Of a stretch of 64,000 nucleotides of DNA, positions 11,344 to 24,229 are shown in pieces. A program made the position numbers and the translations under genes. The stretch's first letter is position 1; each line of letters starts with the position of its first letter. The notes under the pieces were generated by a model that was not told where the DNA came from, ran no database searches, and was given only the letters and a program-made list of their open reading frames with translations. The DNA comes from Lepidodermella squamata (taxonomy: Eukaryota; Animalia; Gastrotricha): NCBI GenBank assembly GCA_047495785.1, contig JBLDXI010000003.1, forward strand, positions 2,790,001 to 2,854,000, in the 5' to 3' direction.

Positions 11344-13555
11344 TATAACGTTCGCTGATTGATAGACAAATAACGATAGAAAGCTTCATTAGGACGAAGT
11401 CCTATGCATTCGATTTATTGTTTATTGTTTATGATTAAGTAAATTAGTCCTTCTAATCACGGACAGAATCACGGACACACGTTGTATTCATGTTTCATGT
11501 CGTTTTAATTAAAAACTCATAAGACGTCACGCACTGCACATGGCGTATTAAATTATACATGTCCTTCTTTCAGATGGATCCAAGAAGAAGAGCATAGATC
11601 TTGCAAATTTACACATAAAATATACCAGAGCTTCGGTCGAAGTTAACTATATTATTAATGCGAATTGGCTGAAGTTATAATCATTCAAAACCATTTTATA
11701 TATAGTGGATACTTGGTTTAAATGGCCCAAAGCTTGAAGGCCGAAGAATAAAATAAATTAGCTTTTAGTCGCACTAGGTAACATCATGGGTAACACTTGC
11801 GTGACACGAGATTGAAAAACGGTGGTCTGGAGTGTTATATGGGAAATGGCAAAAGTGGTGTATAGTAGCCTTCAGAAACTGCATATCGTATCTCGTTGCC
11901 ACGATTTTTCTTCTTTTAAATTTCATCGATTTCCAAGACATGGCAAGAGTTGTTATAAGGATGTAAATATTTTTTCCTTCCGGCCTCAAGACAGATTATG
12001 TTCAGTGCAGTATAGGCAGGATTTACCTGCACCATCGCGGATTGACTGGCTCGTCCTACCCAATAAATCGTCTTCCGTTTGACGATTCGCCGAGATTATT
12101 TCATAAATATTGATCCTAAAAGTGCTTCAGGTGTGCCCCCCTATGTCCGATGCTCGAATGCTGCTTTTACAGACTGTGCGAGGTGACAAAATCCCACTTT
12201 GTGAATCCTATGTTTGTAACCGACTTCAAGCGATGTTTCGCTGTAACTAAGCTATGCAAGTTGATTAGTTTTTGATTAGTTGTGTGTTGAGCGTGGGAAT
12301 TTTCGATCGAAGGCTAATCGATCGTTCAAAAACAAGCACATCTTTGGTACACATGTTATTGTAATGACATGGTGAAACTATAAAGCATTCATCGCTTTTT
12401 AATTGAAAACTTATGAATATTATGATTTGGTTGTAAGTTATTTGTTCTCGTTCACTGTACCGATCACTTTACTTCCCACGAAACAGCCACTTTTGATTTC
12501 TCATTCGATTCTACTTAGCATAACGTATTGATGCAGCTCGTTTGGCGTTTTTGATCAGTTTTGATCAAACTAATCGCAATTTACGTGGAGGTTTGTACGT
12601 ACGTTTCATAAAAGGATCTATACAGATAATAACGCGGTTGTTTTGACGCGTCGCGAACGATATCTCTTATTCTTTCAAGTCTATTTATATCTTATTTGTA
12701 TCGAATGAATAACCATATTATAAATAATTACGCTCGCTATTCAAGCTGAATGAATCGATATCGATATGAAAAACTGATCGCTCCGAATTAATTGATGGGA
12801 CATAACGTAACAGTAACAATAAGAATCTGCACTAATCATCCTTCAGCCCGTGCTAGACGCTCGATGCCGCCGCTGTTTCTTCGCCAGCACCGCGCTTGTT
12901 TTGAATAAGTTGCAGTGACCTAGGTGCACGCCGAAGCACCTGGCTCGTTAATAATTAACCCTGCCTTGTAATTAATGAAATGCGCTATTCCTACACGCGT
13001 TAATTATGCATGCGCGCAATTATTATTTTATTGTCTTAAACAATTTAATACACGCGCAATTTTTTGTTGTCCAGGCGTTCGACACACACGCAACACGTGA
13101 TCCAGTTTAGGAGGTCGCATTATTAATATTGACGAGCCTTGTGCATGACGTGTTACGCCTGCATTATCACCTCCACCATGGTGACGACTAAAATCGGCTT
13201 CGGTAGGGTGATTTCTATCGATTGATTCAGTTTAACGATTCTAGTGCAAACAATGATGCAAAAACAACGAGGGGAATAATATTCGCATGCGTTCATTTTG
13301 CAGCAGTGGAACTCCGGCCTTAACCTTGAATGCATCTAGCGGATGAAATTTCAGCACTTGACCACGCAGTACAAGGTTCAAAAGTGGTACCGTACAGCTT
13401 TATAACATCGCCGCTTTTCAATTTAATCTAAAAGCAAATTCCGACCTTGCATTTACTTACACTTGCTTTTATTAGCCAAATATTTGGATTCAATTTCCGA
13501 TCGTAAATATTTACTGTTGAAACACACACGCCGGGACTGCCAAATCTCCGCGAAG

Positions 13556-15707
13556 ATGAGCGCAGTTTTTCCACCACCTACTGGACAATCCGCAATGGAC
13601 GAAGTTGTGCAACTCAGCAATAGATTTTGGGTAAGCATTTGAACATTTCTTTACCTGTAATTAGCTCTTCAGCTATTTTCGTGGGGTTAATTTAGCTGAG
13701 GCCTAAATATTTAGCCTACATTCCTCAATCCTGTGTTTTTTAGAAATCAATTGAAGCAGAGAAGACGCAATACGCGCCGGTCATAGCGGAGCAACAACCT
13801 CCGACTTGTTTTTACTGCAAAAGCAGCGGACATCCGTCAACTCGATGCGAACGGCGACTGGAGGAGGCGAAAGATGAGCAGGAACAACTTCGGCGAATGC
13901 TGCACTACCGGAATCAACAAATGCTAGCTATGCAACAGGTAATTCGAGTCGACTCGCATTGTTTCGCCCCCCGGCATTATCATTTTGCGCGCGCACTTTT
14001 TGTCTCCGATTTAGTACGAATTCCGCGCGTGTCTTAAATATCCGCGACCTGTGAGATGGGCAATAACTTGCTCATGCGCCAGAAATTTGATACCCGGCTG
14101 CGGGTACACGCTGCTAGGGGTTGCTGAATAATATGAAACGTTTACGTATCGATTTCGTCGTGCCTTTCCAATCATCGGCTAATATTTCAGATTTTTGTGT
14201 TATCAAATTAAATTCGATACCTGCGCGGCTGCTGGCTCGCAATATAAACGCGCTACGTTTTTATTGGAAAAACGAGCCCGGCAATTTGACACGTCAGGTC
14301 TCGCCTCGTGCCCGCCTCATCTCACAGCTCGCATTTGCACAGTTCATTATCAAAAAATTCGTCGCTTCTTTTAGCAAGTTATCTTATTTCTCTACGCGGC
14401 GATATGATTTATCCTTCGAAGTACAGCACAGGCGGCGCGCTTTCCCTCTGGCAGGTCGGTAGAAATTTCGATTGAACCAGTAATTTGTTTTAAATCATTT
14501 TTTCTTCTTTCTTTAGGGCAATGGTACTTCACCGCGCGTAGTACCCTACCCGCGTCCTATTGGGCCTACCCCTGCAATTAGGCAACCCAATTTCGGCAAC
14601 GCTCAAAGGTCTCTGGAGACATCTGTGGTCGATTCAAATGGCGTTGCGCTGCCAATTGCAGCAATTTTACAACAAAGCAAGAATGAACTTGAAAAGCTTG
14701 GCGCGAACCAGGCTAAACCAATGAATGGCGATCCAGCCGTTGCTCAGGCTATCGCGCAGATGTACCCGGACCTTGTCGGAAACAAGGCGCAAGCTCAGCA
14801 GAACCAGAACGCAACTTCGCCATCGCCGAGTTTTCTAGTCGCTTTGACTACAATTTTAACGCCGTTGTTAATCGACTGCCACGCTCATCGTCAATCGCTG
14901 TTATCGATGAACCAAGTTCTTACGCAATTGTATTCCGCGTTAACTATGTTAACGAACCAGTTGGAGCAAAGCACTGCGCAGCAATCACCGGCTGGTCAGC
15001 AGTCGCCGAATCAGCAACAGCAGATGACGCAGCAGCTGGCGGTTGTTGTCGACCAGCTTCGAACCGGCATCGGAGCGTTCTGTGGACATGTTGTCCAGTG
15101 CTGCCATCACTTTGACACGCAGATCTCAGCCCCGGTGTTGCAGCTAGCCGGGCAAGTCCAGCAACAGCAGCAGCACGCACAACAACAGCAACAACAGCAG
15201 CAGCAGCAGATCAGACCGAACTCAGCCACCTCAGCTGGACATTCTCCCCCGGTTCAACAACCTCAGGCTATGAACCCGGCTAACAGGATGCAGCAGTTAC
15301 AGCACCTGATTGCAATGCAAAGCGCTGCGAATGGCAATTCACCACCTTCGCTGACCTTTCCCCAACTCCAGCAGTGGCTGCAGCAAAATCAAAAGGTCCC
15401 GGCTACGGCCGGAATTACGCCGAGGTTCCCGCCCTTATTTCCTGTACCGACATCAAGCCCGCAACAACAACAGCAACGTCAAAGCCCTGTTGTAGTCACG
15501 AGCTCCCCGCAACAAGTGAGTAATCAATCCGCTGGGTATCCCACGTTATTCGGGATGCCGATGAACCTGGCAACTACAACGCAGCATACGTCACCGCAAC
15601 CACCCCCGACTAGCGCTGAGTCGGTTTCTAACCCGTTCCAGGGTGTTTTATTCGCGGCAAATGCAGCAGCTGCTGCAGCCGCAGCCGAGAAGCAGCTATC
15701 TCAGTGA
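13556..15707 (+). CDS. CCHC zinc-knuckle protein with long Gln/Pro/Ala-rich low-complexity C-terminus (~486 aa, 3 exons)
   Basis: Exons 13556-13630 (MSAVFPPP..RFW|GTAAGC), 13744-13938 (CFYCKSSGHPSTRC = CX2CX4HX4C) and 14517-15707. All junctions are phase 0 and in frame with the 14625 ORF, which carries polyQ and polyA tracts. Confidence 0.85.
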
Positions 15708-16896
15708 GCTGAATCCTCGTTACTTACAAAGAAATTTCGTATAATTCTGTCAAAATTCTGAGTCGCACTCTTGAAAATTGTTCACCTAACTTTCTGGTAA
15801 AGATGTTGCTTTACGATATACTTATTTTTTCTCTCGAATGAACTCTGGTACATTTTCGCTGTGATTTATCGAAATCATTCGTCTGAAATTTCATCGCAGT
15901 TGCAGGCATTACTCATATTATATATGTTCAATTAATGTCTATATGCTCGTATATCATATTGGAAAAAGTGAAGTAAACGGATATTGCCGTCGTTTGAATT
16001 CGATGCTATGACTCGTTGAAGGTTTAATTTCTGAAATTTGATCTCGTGCCAGTGGATCGAATTTCAACAAACACAGACAGATCTCGGGGCGGAATGATGG
16101 TTTGCATTTCGTCTTACAGGTGCTTTCTCGCGCCGTTACAGGAAATCAAGATATGGGGGTTGTCGTTAATCAACATTCTTTCCAAAAATATCTTCGGTTA
16201 CGTGTTGTCTTACTTATTAGGTCCAACCCACGCATTTCAGTGAGCACGCTTCGACTGTAATTGGCGCAGATTTTTCTTCTCGAAAAAGCCACAAATATAG
16301 CCTGCTAATTTGTAGCTACTGAGAAAATTCTCCAAAGGTATTTCCTGAAGCTAATTACGCCTATTCGATATGTCACTCCGGGATTCGATACTTATTTGAC
16401 GATGTTTCTATCAGGTAATTGGTTATTAGTTATTCCTCAACTATCCTAACACACCTGAAGATGAAGGCATCCGAACTCGGTTGAAGCTGTGATTAATTCC
16501 AAATCAAAGCTGAAAAGGGTAAAAGTAGCAACGATCATTTTTTATTCTTTTTCACCTTTTAAAAAGCAAAGACAGCGAGATCTTCACGAATAGGAAATTG
16601 TTGTAGATCCAAATTATCCTGAAAATATAGAATCTATATGCCACTACAAGGCGCGTTGCATTTTTTAATAAAAAAGAGCGAAATCGCTAAAGAGGAAATG
16701 ATGTTTGAAGCTACTGACGCTGAATCATTAGGTACTAGAATAAATTCACAAATGCGATAACTAACCTTGCGCTATCACTACTTTCACAGCTCTGAGATCT
16801 GCACATAATAACCACAGCCATACGAACATTTGCACTCAAGTAATAATCAAATAATTTGCACTCAAGAGAAAAGTGGCCAACTAGAACAGGATCAGA

Positions 16897-17057
16897 TTAC
16901 TGACTTATATAACAGTAAAGGTGTATAACAGCAAAGAGGAGATCGAGGAGATCGAGGAATGGAACGTTGCTGAATTTCTTCTTCATAGCCCGTCACCCAG
17001 CCCAAGTGGTTCCAGCTAAATTAACCGCCACGAGATGATAGATGGTGAAGAATGTCA
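16897..17057 (-). pseudogene. Relic 3' fragment (M3-M4) of a LamG-Cys-loop channel gene
   Basis: gaacgttgctgaatttcttcttcat...ccagctaaattaaccgccacgagatgatagat closely matches 17425-17506 of gene A. Contains indels. Confidence 0.85.
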
Positions 17058-17338
17058 AATTTGGTTCCGCAACACGCATATGAATTCCGCTAACGGTAAG
17101 ACACATCACATATAAGATTAGAAACGTGGGAATATTTAGTTTCATAAAAAAGACTATTTATCTGTGAAAAGCACTTGCGGTTTCTCTAGCTGTTTCGTCA
17201 GATAGTCAATGGGTTATATTCAGTAAATAAATAGTAAGATGACAATCTTTTTGCTAATACTACATCGCTCATCGGCGACAATCTACTCTATACTCTGATC
17301 CCCTTCTCTCACACTGATATGTTTACTGGGAAAGTTAT

Positions 17339-20239
17339 TCACTGATTTATGACTGTGTAGCAATAGATGTGTAAAGCAGCAAAAAGCGCGATCGAAGCCA
17401 GGAAAATGAGGAGATCGAGAAATCGAACGTTGCTGAATTTCTTCTTCATTGCGCGTCGCTCAGCCCAGGCCGTCCCAGCTAAATTAACCGCCACGAGATG
17501 ATAGATTGTGACGAAGGCCGTAAAAAAGCTCATGATTCGGATGTAGTCACCCAACAAAACCCCGTCCTGCGTTTTCGGAACTTGACCCATAACGTCAGAT
17601 TGAGCAACAGTCATTGCGAGTAGGGTCGTTACAGCGAAGTTCGGGCGATCAGGAGTATCAGGCGGCATAAGAAATGTGACCAGATCCAAAGCTGCCAACA
17701 GAGCACTAGGCAAGGCTAAATTGATAATGTAGTAATCCGGAATACGCTTGAGAATGACGGAATACTTCACAAAATGAACAGGCTGGCCTTTAAACTCTCG
17801 AGACCCATATACCACGTTTGAGGCGACCCAGCGCCATTCATTTGTCTCAAGAACCCGCCAAGCGAATAGCGGTTTATTATCATCGAAGCGTACGACCTTG
17901 GAGGAGCGGACTAGCTCAAACATGAAAGAGCACTCTTGCTCATCGTAAGGAAATCGACGTAAATCAAGACCACATATTGATTTGAAGCTCCCCTCACTGC
18001 TCCAGAAGAAGTCAAAAGTTTGATTCACTTCGCCAGGAGTAACAGTTACCGACAGATCACGGCCAAAGCTTTCGCCCGACATGAAAACGTTGTCCACAGC
18101 TGTGCTTGTGAAGCGTAGCTTAGGTACCCAGACGACATCGGGCGATGGTACGTACAAGGTTTCTTTCCGCTTTGTCAGAGCTGTTATGCTGTTCAATGGA
18201 CATGTCGTGACGTTCCAGGAAAGGACGAGCGTACCACTGACGTCAATTATTTGATCGACATTGTTGACCTCGTTTAGGCTCTCAACTTGAAAAGCAATCG
18301 TGATGATATTTGTTTGGTCGTTATTCGGTGGGACGGATCGATCTGCGGTGAAATCGTCACATTCTTTCATAGCGCTTTCAACCGGTTGGGGCTTGAATGA
18401 CTCCGGTGGCTGCGTTGGTATGACGCTAGACAGAATAGATGGAGCTTTCTTTTGCTCTTCCTTCGGTGGGGCTTCTTCGTATGGCTTCGGAGTGGTTGGA
18501 GCCGTAGAAGTAGCAGCTACTTTAATCGTTGATGTACCGACAGCTATGGGCGGGGTTGAAATGGCTGCCAAGACCTTCACAGTTGTTGACATTGACACAT
18601 CCTGAACGGGCAGCCCTGTTACGCTTGAAGTAGACAGCATTGGTGATGCTTGAGTAGTTGACTTCGCAGTTGGCGATGATGTTGAAGTATCAACTTTGGA
18701 ACTTGCAGACACTGAAATGGTTTTTGAAGCTGACGATGTCGGAGCGATGGTTGTAGTCGGGTTCGTTGTTGCAGCTGTTGATGTGGGGTTTAATGTTGTC
18801 GTAGTTGTTGGTACTGCATTGGTCGTTCGCGGAGTTTTCCAATTTTCGCAAGAATTTGGCAGCTGGACGATTTCGTCTTTAGTGAGACACGCACTGTAAT
18901 AAAAGAGGCACGCTATTGCATCACCTTCCTGCATTTTAGCATGTATACCAGCTACATTCCCAAAATATATCTCAGTGCTTTGAGAAAAATCCAGATCAGG
19001 CCATATTACAGACCCAAGTATCGACGGGGGCTTTCCATGGTAAACGGTCAAATTCGATGTAGTTTCGTCAAACGTGATTGCAATGAAGTGCCATACTCCG
19101 GGGTTGATATCATTGAAAGAGATGATATCAGTAGTTTGATAACTTACGGTCAGAGTTTTAGACGGCATTGGACCATATGACAAATAGAACAAATTCGCTG
19201 TTGCGCCATAATGGCTATAAATTCCCCGTCTTTCAGTTGAACTACCGGCATAAAAATACAGAGCAGTCGTAATCGATTTCGTACTTGAAAACGGTTTCGA
19301 AAGGGACTTGAAACTGCCGATCCTGTCTATCGTAGGATATCTTTTAAAAGATGAATTTGCGATGCCGAATGGACCGATTATGGTACTCTCTATTGCTCCA
19401 AGCAAAAATCCGGGATTACCGTTGCTGGTAATCTGAAGATTTTTCGCAACATCAGAAAGGTAGGAATAGTCATCCATTGGGAGGAAAAACTGGATGTCTG
19501 CGTCACGAGGCCAACTGCGACTCACTTCAATCGACGACTTCAGCTTCCAGTCACGGCAAGCCGTTGGCAGCTGTGCGATCTCTTCCTTGGCCATTTCATT
19601 CGTGTAACGCATAAAGCAGGCAATAGCATCGCTTTTGCCCAGCTGAGCTGAATCAGTCTTGCCCAAGGTCAGAGTTAGCTCTCCCCCTAGGTTCAAGCTT
19701 TGAGATATTTCCGTCGGAGTACCAATATTTTCGCCCAAATAGATCTTCAAATTATTGCCGTTGTACGTGATTGCAACAAAAATCCACTTGTTTGGTGCCA
19801 CAATTATTGAACCGATTTCAGTGCCGCTCTTCATTATTTTGACAGCTGAATTTGTTACCGAATAGCTCATGGCAAACATTTTTGGTTCAGCTGTACTGGA
19901 ATAGTCCAAAATGCCACGATTTGCCGTTTGATCGCTTCCAGATGCGTAGAAGTAAAACGATTGAGTGAATGCTGCATTGAAAGTCATGGTTACGGCGCAG
20001 ATACGCGAAGTGCCAACGCGATAGGATGTTTTCGGCGTGTTGAACGGTCCGTTGAACGCAGTCTGCACAGTTCCGACATCAGTTAGGGATATTAAGGCTC
20101 CACCAACCCCAGAAACATCGCTAAGACCTGCAGTTTCATCAAGCGGTAGAAAGAGCTCGATATCGCGTTGTTTAGGCCAAAATGCCGATGACGGATTGAA
20201 AGCGAGAATCAGCAGAACATAATGATGAAGGCAAATCAT
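17339..20239 (-). CDS. LamG-LamG-mucin stalk-Cys-loop ligand-gated ion channel, copy A (intact, intronless)
   Basis: Likely ATG at 20239 (MICLHHYVLLILAF signal peptide). Two repeats of LPxD..W.F.AIT..IACF..Y..EI.QL (LamG_3/pentraxin-like), a Thr-rich stalk, Cys-loop CGLDLRRFPYDEQEC (C-X13-C, FPxD) and four TM helices. Confidence 0.9.
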   Translation of the reverse strand: MICLHHYVLLILAFNPSSAFWPKQRDIELFLPLDETAGLSDVSGVGGALISLTDVGTVQTAFNGPFNTPKTSYRVGTSRICAVTMTFNAAFTQSFYFYASGSDQTANRGILDYSSTAEPKMFAMSYSVTNSAVKIMKSGTEIGSIIVAPNKWIFVAITYNGNNLKIYLGENIGTPTEISQSLNLGGELTLTLGKTDSAQLGKSDAIACFMRYTNEMAKEEIAQLPTACRDWKLKSSIEVSRSWPRDADIQFFLPMDDYSYLSDVAKNLQITSNGNPGFLLGAIESTIIGPFGIANSSFKRYPTIDRIGSFKSLSKPFSSTKSITTALYFYAGSSTERRGIYSHYGATANLFYLSYGPMPSKTLTVSYQTTDIISFNDINPGVWHFIAITFDETTSNLTVYHGKPPSILGSVIWPDLDFSQSTEIYFGNVAGIHAKMQEGDAIACLFYYSACLTKDEIVQLPNSCENWKTPRTTNAVPTTTTTLNPTSTAATTNPTTTIAPTSSASKTISVSASSKVDTSTSSPTAKSTTQASPMLSTSSVTGLPVQDVSMSTTVKVLAAISTPPIAVGTSTIKVAATSTAPTTPKPYEEAPPKEEQKKAPSILSSVIPTQPPESFKPQPVESAMKECDDFTADRSVPPNNDQTNIITIAFQVESLNEVNNVDQIIDVSGTLVLSWNVTTCPLNSITALTKRKETLYVPSPDVVWVPKLRFTSTAVDNVFMSGESFGRDLSVTVTPGEVNQTFDFFWSSEGSFKSICGLDLRRFPYDEQECSFMFELVRSSKVVRFDDNKPLFAWRVLETNEWRWVASNVVYGSREFKGQPVHFVKYSVILKRIPDYYIINLALPSALLAALDLVTFLMPPDTPDRPNFAVTTLLAMTVAQSDVMGQVPKTQDGVLLGDYIRIMSFFTAFVTIYHLVAVNLAGTAWAERRAMKKKFSNVRFLDLLIFLASIALFAALHIYCYTVINQ

Positions 20240-21561
20240 ATTGCAGCAGCAATTTAAAAGAATTTGAAAAAATTTCAATTTTTTTTTTAATTTTCGAGGT
20301 CAACTCGTCAAATATACGCGTCAAAGTAACGTCGCTTTTATAGGCTGAGACACAAACCATGCGTCATTTTTTATTTATTTTTAGTCGAAAACAAGCTTTA
20401 TTACAATCAATAAGTTATTTTGATCTTGATTGGCAAAACAATTCCATCATATGCGTAGCTATAATATCGGTCTCCCTCGAATTGCGAAAGGCAGAGAATT
20501 GAGCATGACGCTGTGACTAAAAGTCATTCCTAGAGATACTGGCATTGCGACAGCATCGGTTTTATCAAAATATTTAATTAAATGTTGCCTGCTGTTTTTT
20601 CGCACCGCAGCTATTTTTGTCCTGGCAAATGTAATAACATTTATTTCTGGGAGTGAAACTTGATCACTCGGCGACATGACCTGGAATCAACGAAATCATC
20701 ACTCGAATCCTCGTGTGCTGGATGGTAATAATTTCAAGCTGTCGTCAGCTGCAGCGAAATTTCGGATTCGATGAAAATAAGTAATATATTTCGGTTTCGT
20801 AAGCAAGTTTTCTGCCGAATGCCAAAGGCAAACCTTCTAAAACTAAAGCTGAAACATTACAATTTCTAGTACGAGTAAATTTCACAAACAATCTTCAGCA
20901 AAAATGCGAAGAAAATTGCCACCCAGTGTTAAGGGTTTAGCAGAGAAGCTCTGAAATTTTATTACAATAAGAGCAGAGAACAAAGAAGAGACGAAGCGAT
21001 ACATCCAGCTTTCAGAGACGTTGAATTTGAAGTTGAAACTTGATTCAGGCACATGCTGACAATAAATGCACTTTGATAAATTACAGTTTGATGCCTCACA
21101 GCTCAGATCAGCATTTGCAAGTAAGGAAGGTGACACCATTTAGCACTTGGAAAATAATTACCGCAATTGATAGATAAAAAAATGTATCAAGTAAAATATA
21201 ATAGCAACAGATGTTCCTTTCCACAGCTTGAGAATTCTTGAAAATGACGATATTAAAGTGTTTCAATTCTTTTCACAGGGGTTCACACCAGAGAGCGAAG
21301 TAGCACCGCAGAAGTCGCAGAAGGGGTAAGGATAAGGGAAATCGGTATATAAGGCCCTGTTGTCGTTGAGTTGACTGTGCAGACGATTTAACCGGTAGAA
21401 AAGATCCCTAACATCCCCAGTTCTCTGGTTCACAGTTCACATCCTCGCACGGATACTGTTGGTTGTTGACAAAAGAAAAACACTTCATCGCATGACATCT
21501 GACAAAGCACGACATGACATAGTTTTGAAATTGAAATAGAAAATCCTACTGGGAATGTTAT

Positions 21562-24229
21562 TCACTGATTTACGACTGTGTAGCAGTAGAAGTGTATGGC
21601 AGCGAAGAGCCCAATCGAAGCCAAGAAAACAATGAGATCGAGAAATCGAGCGTTGCTGAATTTCTTCTTCATGGCTCGCCGACCTGCCCAGGCCGTTCCA
21701 GCTAAATTAACCGCCACGAGATGATAGATTGTGACGAAGGCCGTGAAAAAGCTCATAATTCTGATGTAGTCGCCGAGCAACACCCCATCATGGGTTTTGG
21801 GAACTTGGCTCATAATATCAGATTGAGCCACAGTCATAGCTAGGAGAGTTGTTACAGCGAAATTCGGGCGATCTGGAGTATCAGGCGGCATGAGAAATGT
21901 CGCGAGATCCAAAGCCGCCAACAAAACACTCGGCAAGGCTAAATTAATGATGTAGTAATCCGGAATCCTTTTGAGAACAACGCTGTACTTCACAAAATGG
22001 GCGTATTGACCTTTAAAGTATCGAGTGCCGTATGTCACGTTTGAGCTGATCCAGCGCCACTCCTCCGTCTCAGTATCGCGCCAATTGAACAGCAGCTTGT
22101 TCTCATCAAAACGCACTACCTTAGAAGACCGGACATGCTCCATGACAAAGGAGCATTCTTGCTGATCGAAAGGAAATCGGCGCAAATCGAGACCACAAAC
22201 AGATTTGAAACTACCCTCGCTGCTCCAAAAAAAGTCAAGTGTCTTATTTACTTCACCCGGAGTTACAGTTACCGTCAGATCACGGCCAAAGCTATCGCCC
22301 CACATGTAGACATTGTCCACTGCCGTGGTCGTGAATCTGAGTTTAGGCACCCAGACAGTATCCGGAGATGGTACATAGAGGGATTCTCTCCGCTTCGTGA
22401 GAGCCGTTGTGCTATTTGCCGCACATGTCGTCACGTTCCATGCCATGACCAGAGTGCCACTGACATCTATAATTTGCTCGACGTTGTTGACCTCATTCAG
22501 GCTCTCGACTTGAAAAGCAATCGTGATGATATTGGTTTTTTCGTTATTCGGTGGGACGGATCGATCTGCGGTGAAATCATCACATTCCTTCATCGCGTTT
22601 TCAACGGGTTCTGGCTTGAACGACTCAGGAGGCAGCATAGGAACGACATTTGCCACCATATCTGCCATGGTAGCCGAGAGCATCGAGGTGGTCGGTGTTG
22701 AGGCTGGAGTTGCTGCCTTTGCAGGTGATGATGTGGAGACAGCATCCATTCGTGACGATACCGTAGCAGAAGCTGTTTGAGAAGTTGATGACATAGTGGT
22801 GGTGGTTGTCGTAGACATCGTTGATGTCGTAGTTGTTGGTACCGCAGTGGTTGTTCGTGGAGTTTTCCAGTCCTTGCAAGCATTTGACAGCTGCGCGATT
22901 TCATCTCTTGTTAGACAGGCTTTGTAATGAAAAAAACATGCCATTGCATCTCCAACCTACATGCCAGAATATATTCCCGGGACGATACCAAAATAAATGT
23001 GAGTGCTTTGAGAGAAATCCAGATCAGTTTTGGTTACAGTTCCAAGTGTTGATGGCGTTTTCCCAAGATATGCAGTCAAAACCGAGGTTGCCTCGTCGAA
23101 CGTAATAGCGATAAAATTCCACACTCCGGGGGTAATAATATCATGGTAAGTCATGATATCAGTATTCTGCCAACCTATGATCAGAGTGTTTGAGGGTGTA
23201 GGACCATATGACAAATAGAACAAATTCGACGCTGCGCCATAATGACTATAAATTCCCCGCCTTGCAGTTGAACTACCTGCATAAAAATACAGAGCAGTCG
23301 TAATTGATTTTGTACTTAAGGAAGGTAACGAAGTGGCCATGATTCCGCCAATTCTGTCAATCGCAGGATATGTTTTGATAGCAGAGTTTCCACCACCAAA
23401 TGGACCGACTATGGAACTCTCTATAACACCAAGCATATTTCCGGCAATACCCTTGCTGGAAACTAGAAGATTGTTTGCAACATCAGTCATGTAGGAATAG
23501 TCATCCATTGGGAGGAATCGATGACTTGAGTATCCAGTAACGACAAGCCTCTGGCAGCTGAGCGATCTCTTCCTTGGCCATATCATTCGCGTAACGCATG
23601 AAGCAGGCAATAGCATCGTATTGGCCCAGCTGACCTGAATCACTCTTGCCCAAAATAAGAGTCGATGCTTCACCTAGGCTCAGTGTTTGAGTTAATGTTA
23701 CCGTCGGATCGCCGACGTTTTCGCCAATAAAAATCTTCAAGTTATTGGTGATGTATGTGATAGCGAAAAATGTCCATTTGTTTTGCGTCACACTCACTGT
23801 CGCAACATGGTTGCCGCTCACCATTATCTTGATAGTTGAATCGGTTGAATAATACACCATCGCAAACAATCTCGAATCAGTAGGACTGGAATATTCGAAA
23901 ATTCCACGATATACCGTTTGATCGTTTCCAGAAGCGTAGAAGTAAAACGACTGAGTGAATCCTTGGCTGAACACCATAGAGACAGAGCAGATTTGCGACG
24001 TGCCGCTTTTGTATGAAGTTTTCGAAACGCTGAACGGCCCATTGACAGTGGTTTGAACAGATCCGCCGCCAGTTGAATTTATGGTAGCTTTGTTAGCCCC
24101 TGATACATCACTGCATCCTGCAGTTTCGTCCAGCGGTAGAAACAGTTCAATATCACGTTGCTTTGGCCAAAATGCAAGTGACACAATAAATAAGAAGCTC
24201 GTCAGAAAAAAGCATTGAAGGAGTAACAT
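21562..24229 (-). pseudogene. LamG-LamG-Cys-loop channel, copy B (44-bp frameshifting deletion near 23517; CAG>TAG stop at 22957-22959)
   Basis: Three ORFs tile a copy-A-like protein. Relative to A and C, 44 nt encoding the LamG1-LamG2 linker are missing. GGC ATG TAG GTT here corresponds to GGC ATG CAG GCT in C. The channel-encoding part 22944-21562 is open. Confidence 0.85.

Noticed and set aside
23501-23530. Possibility that the 44-nt gap in copy B is a lost intron
   Set aside because: The segment is in-frame coding sequence in A and C, has no GT-AG ends, and its loss shifts the frame.
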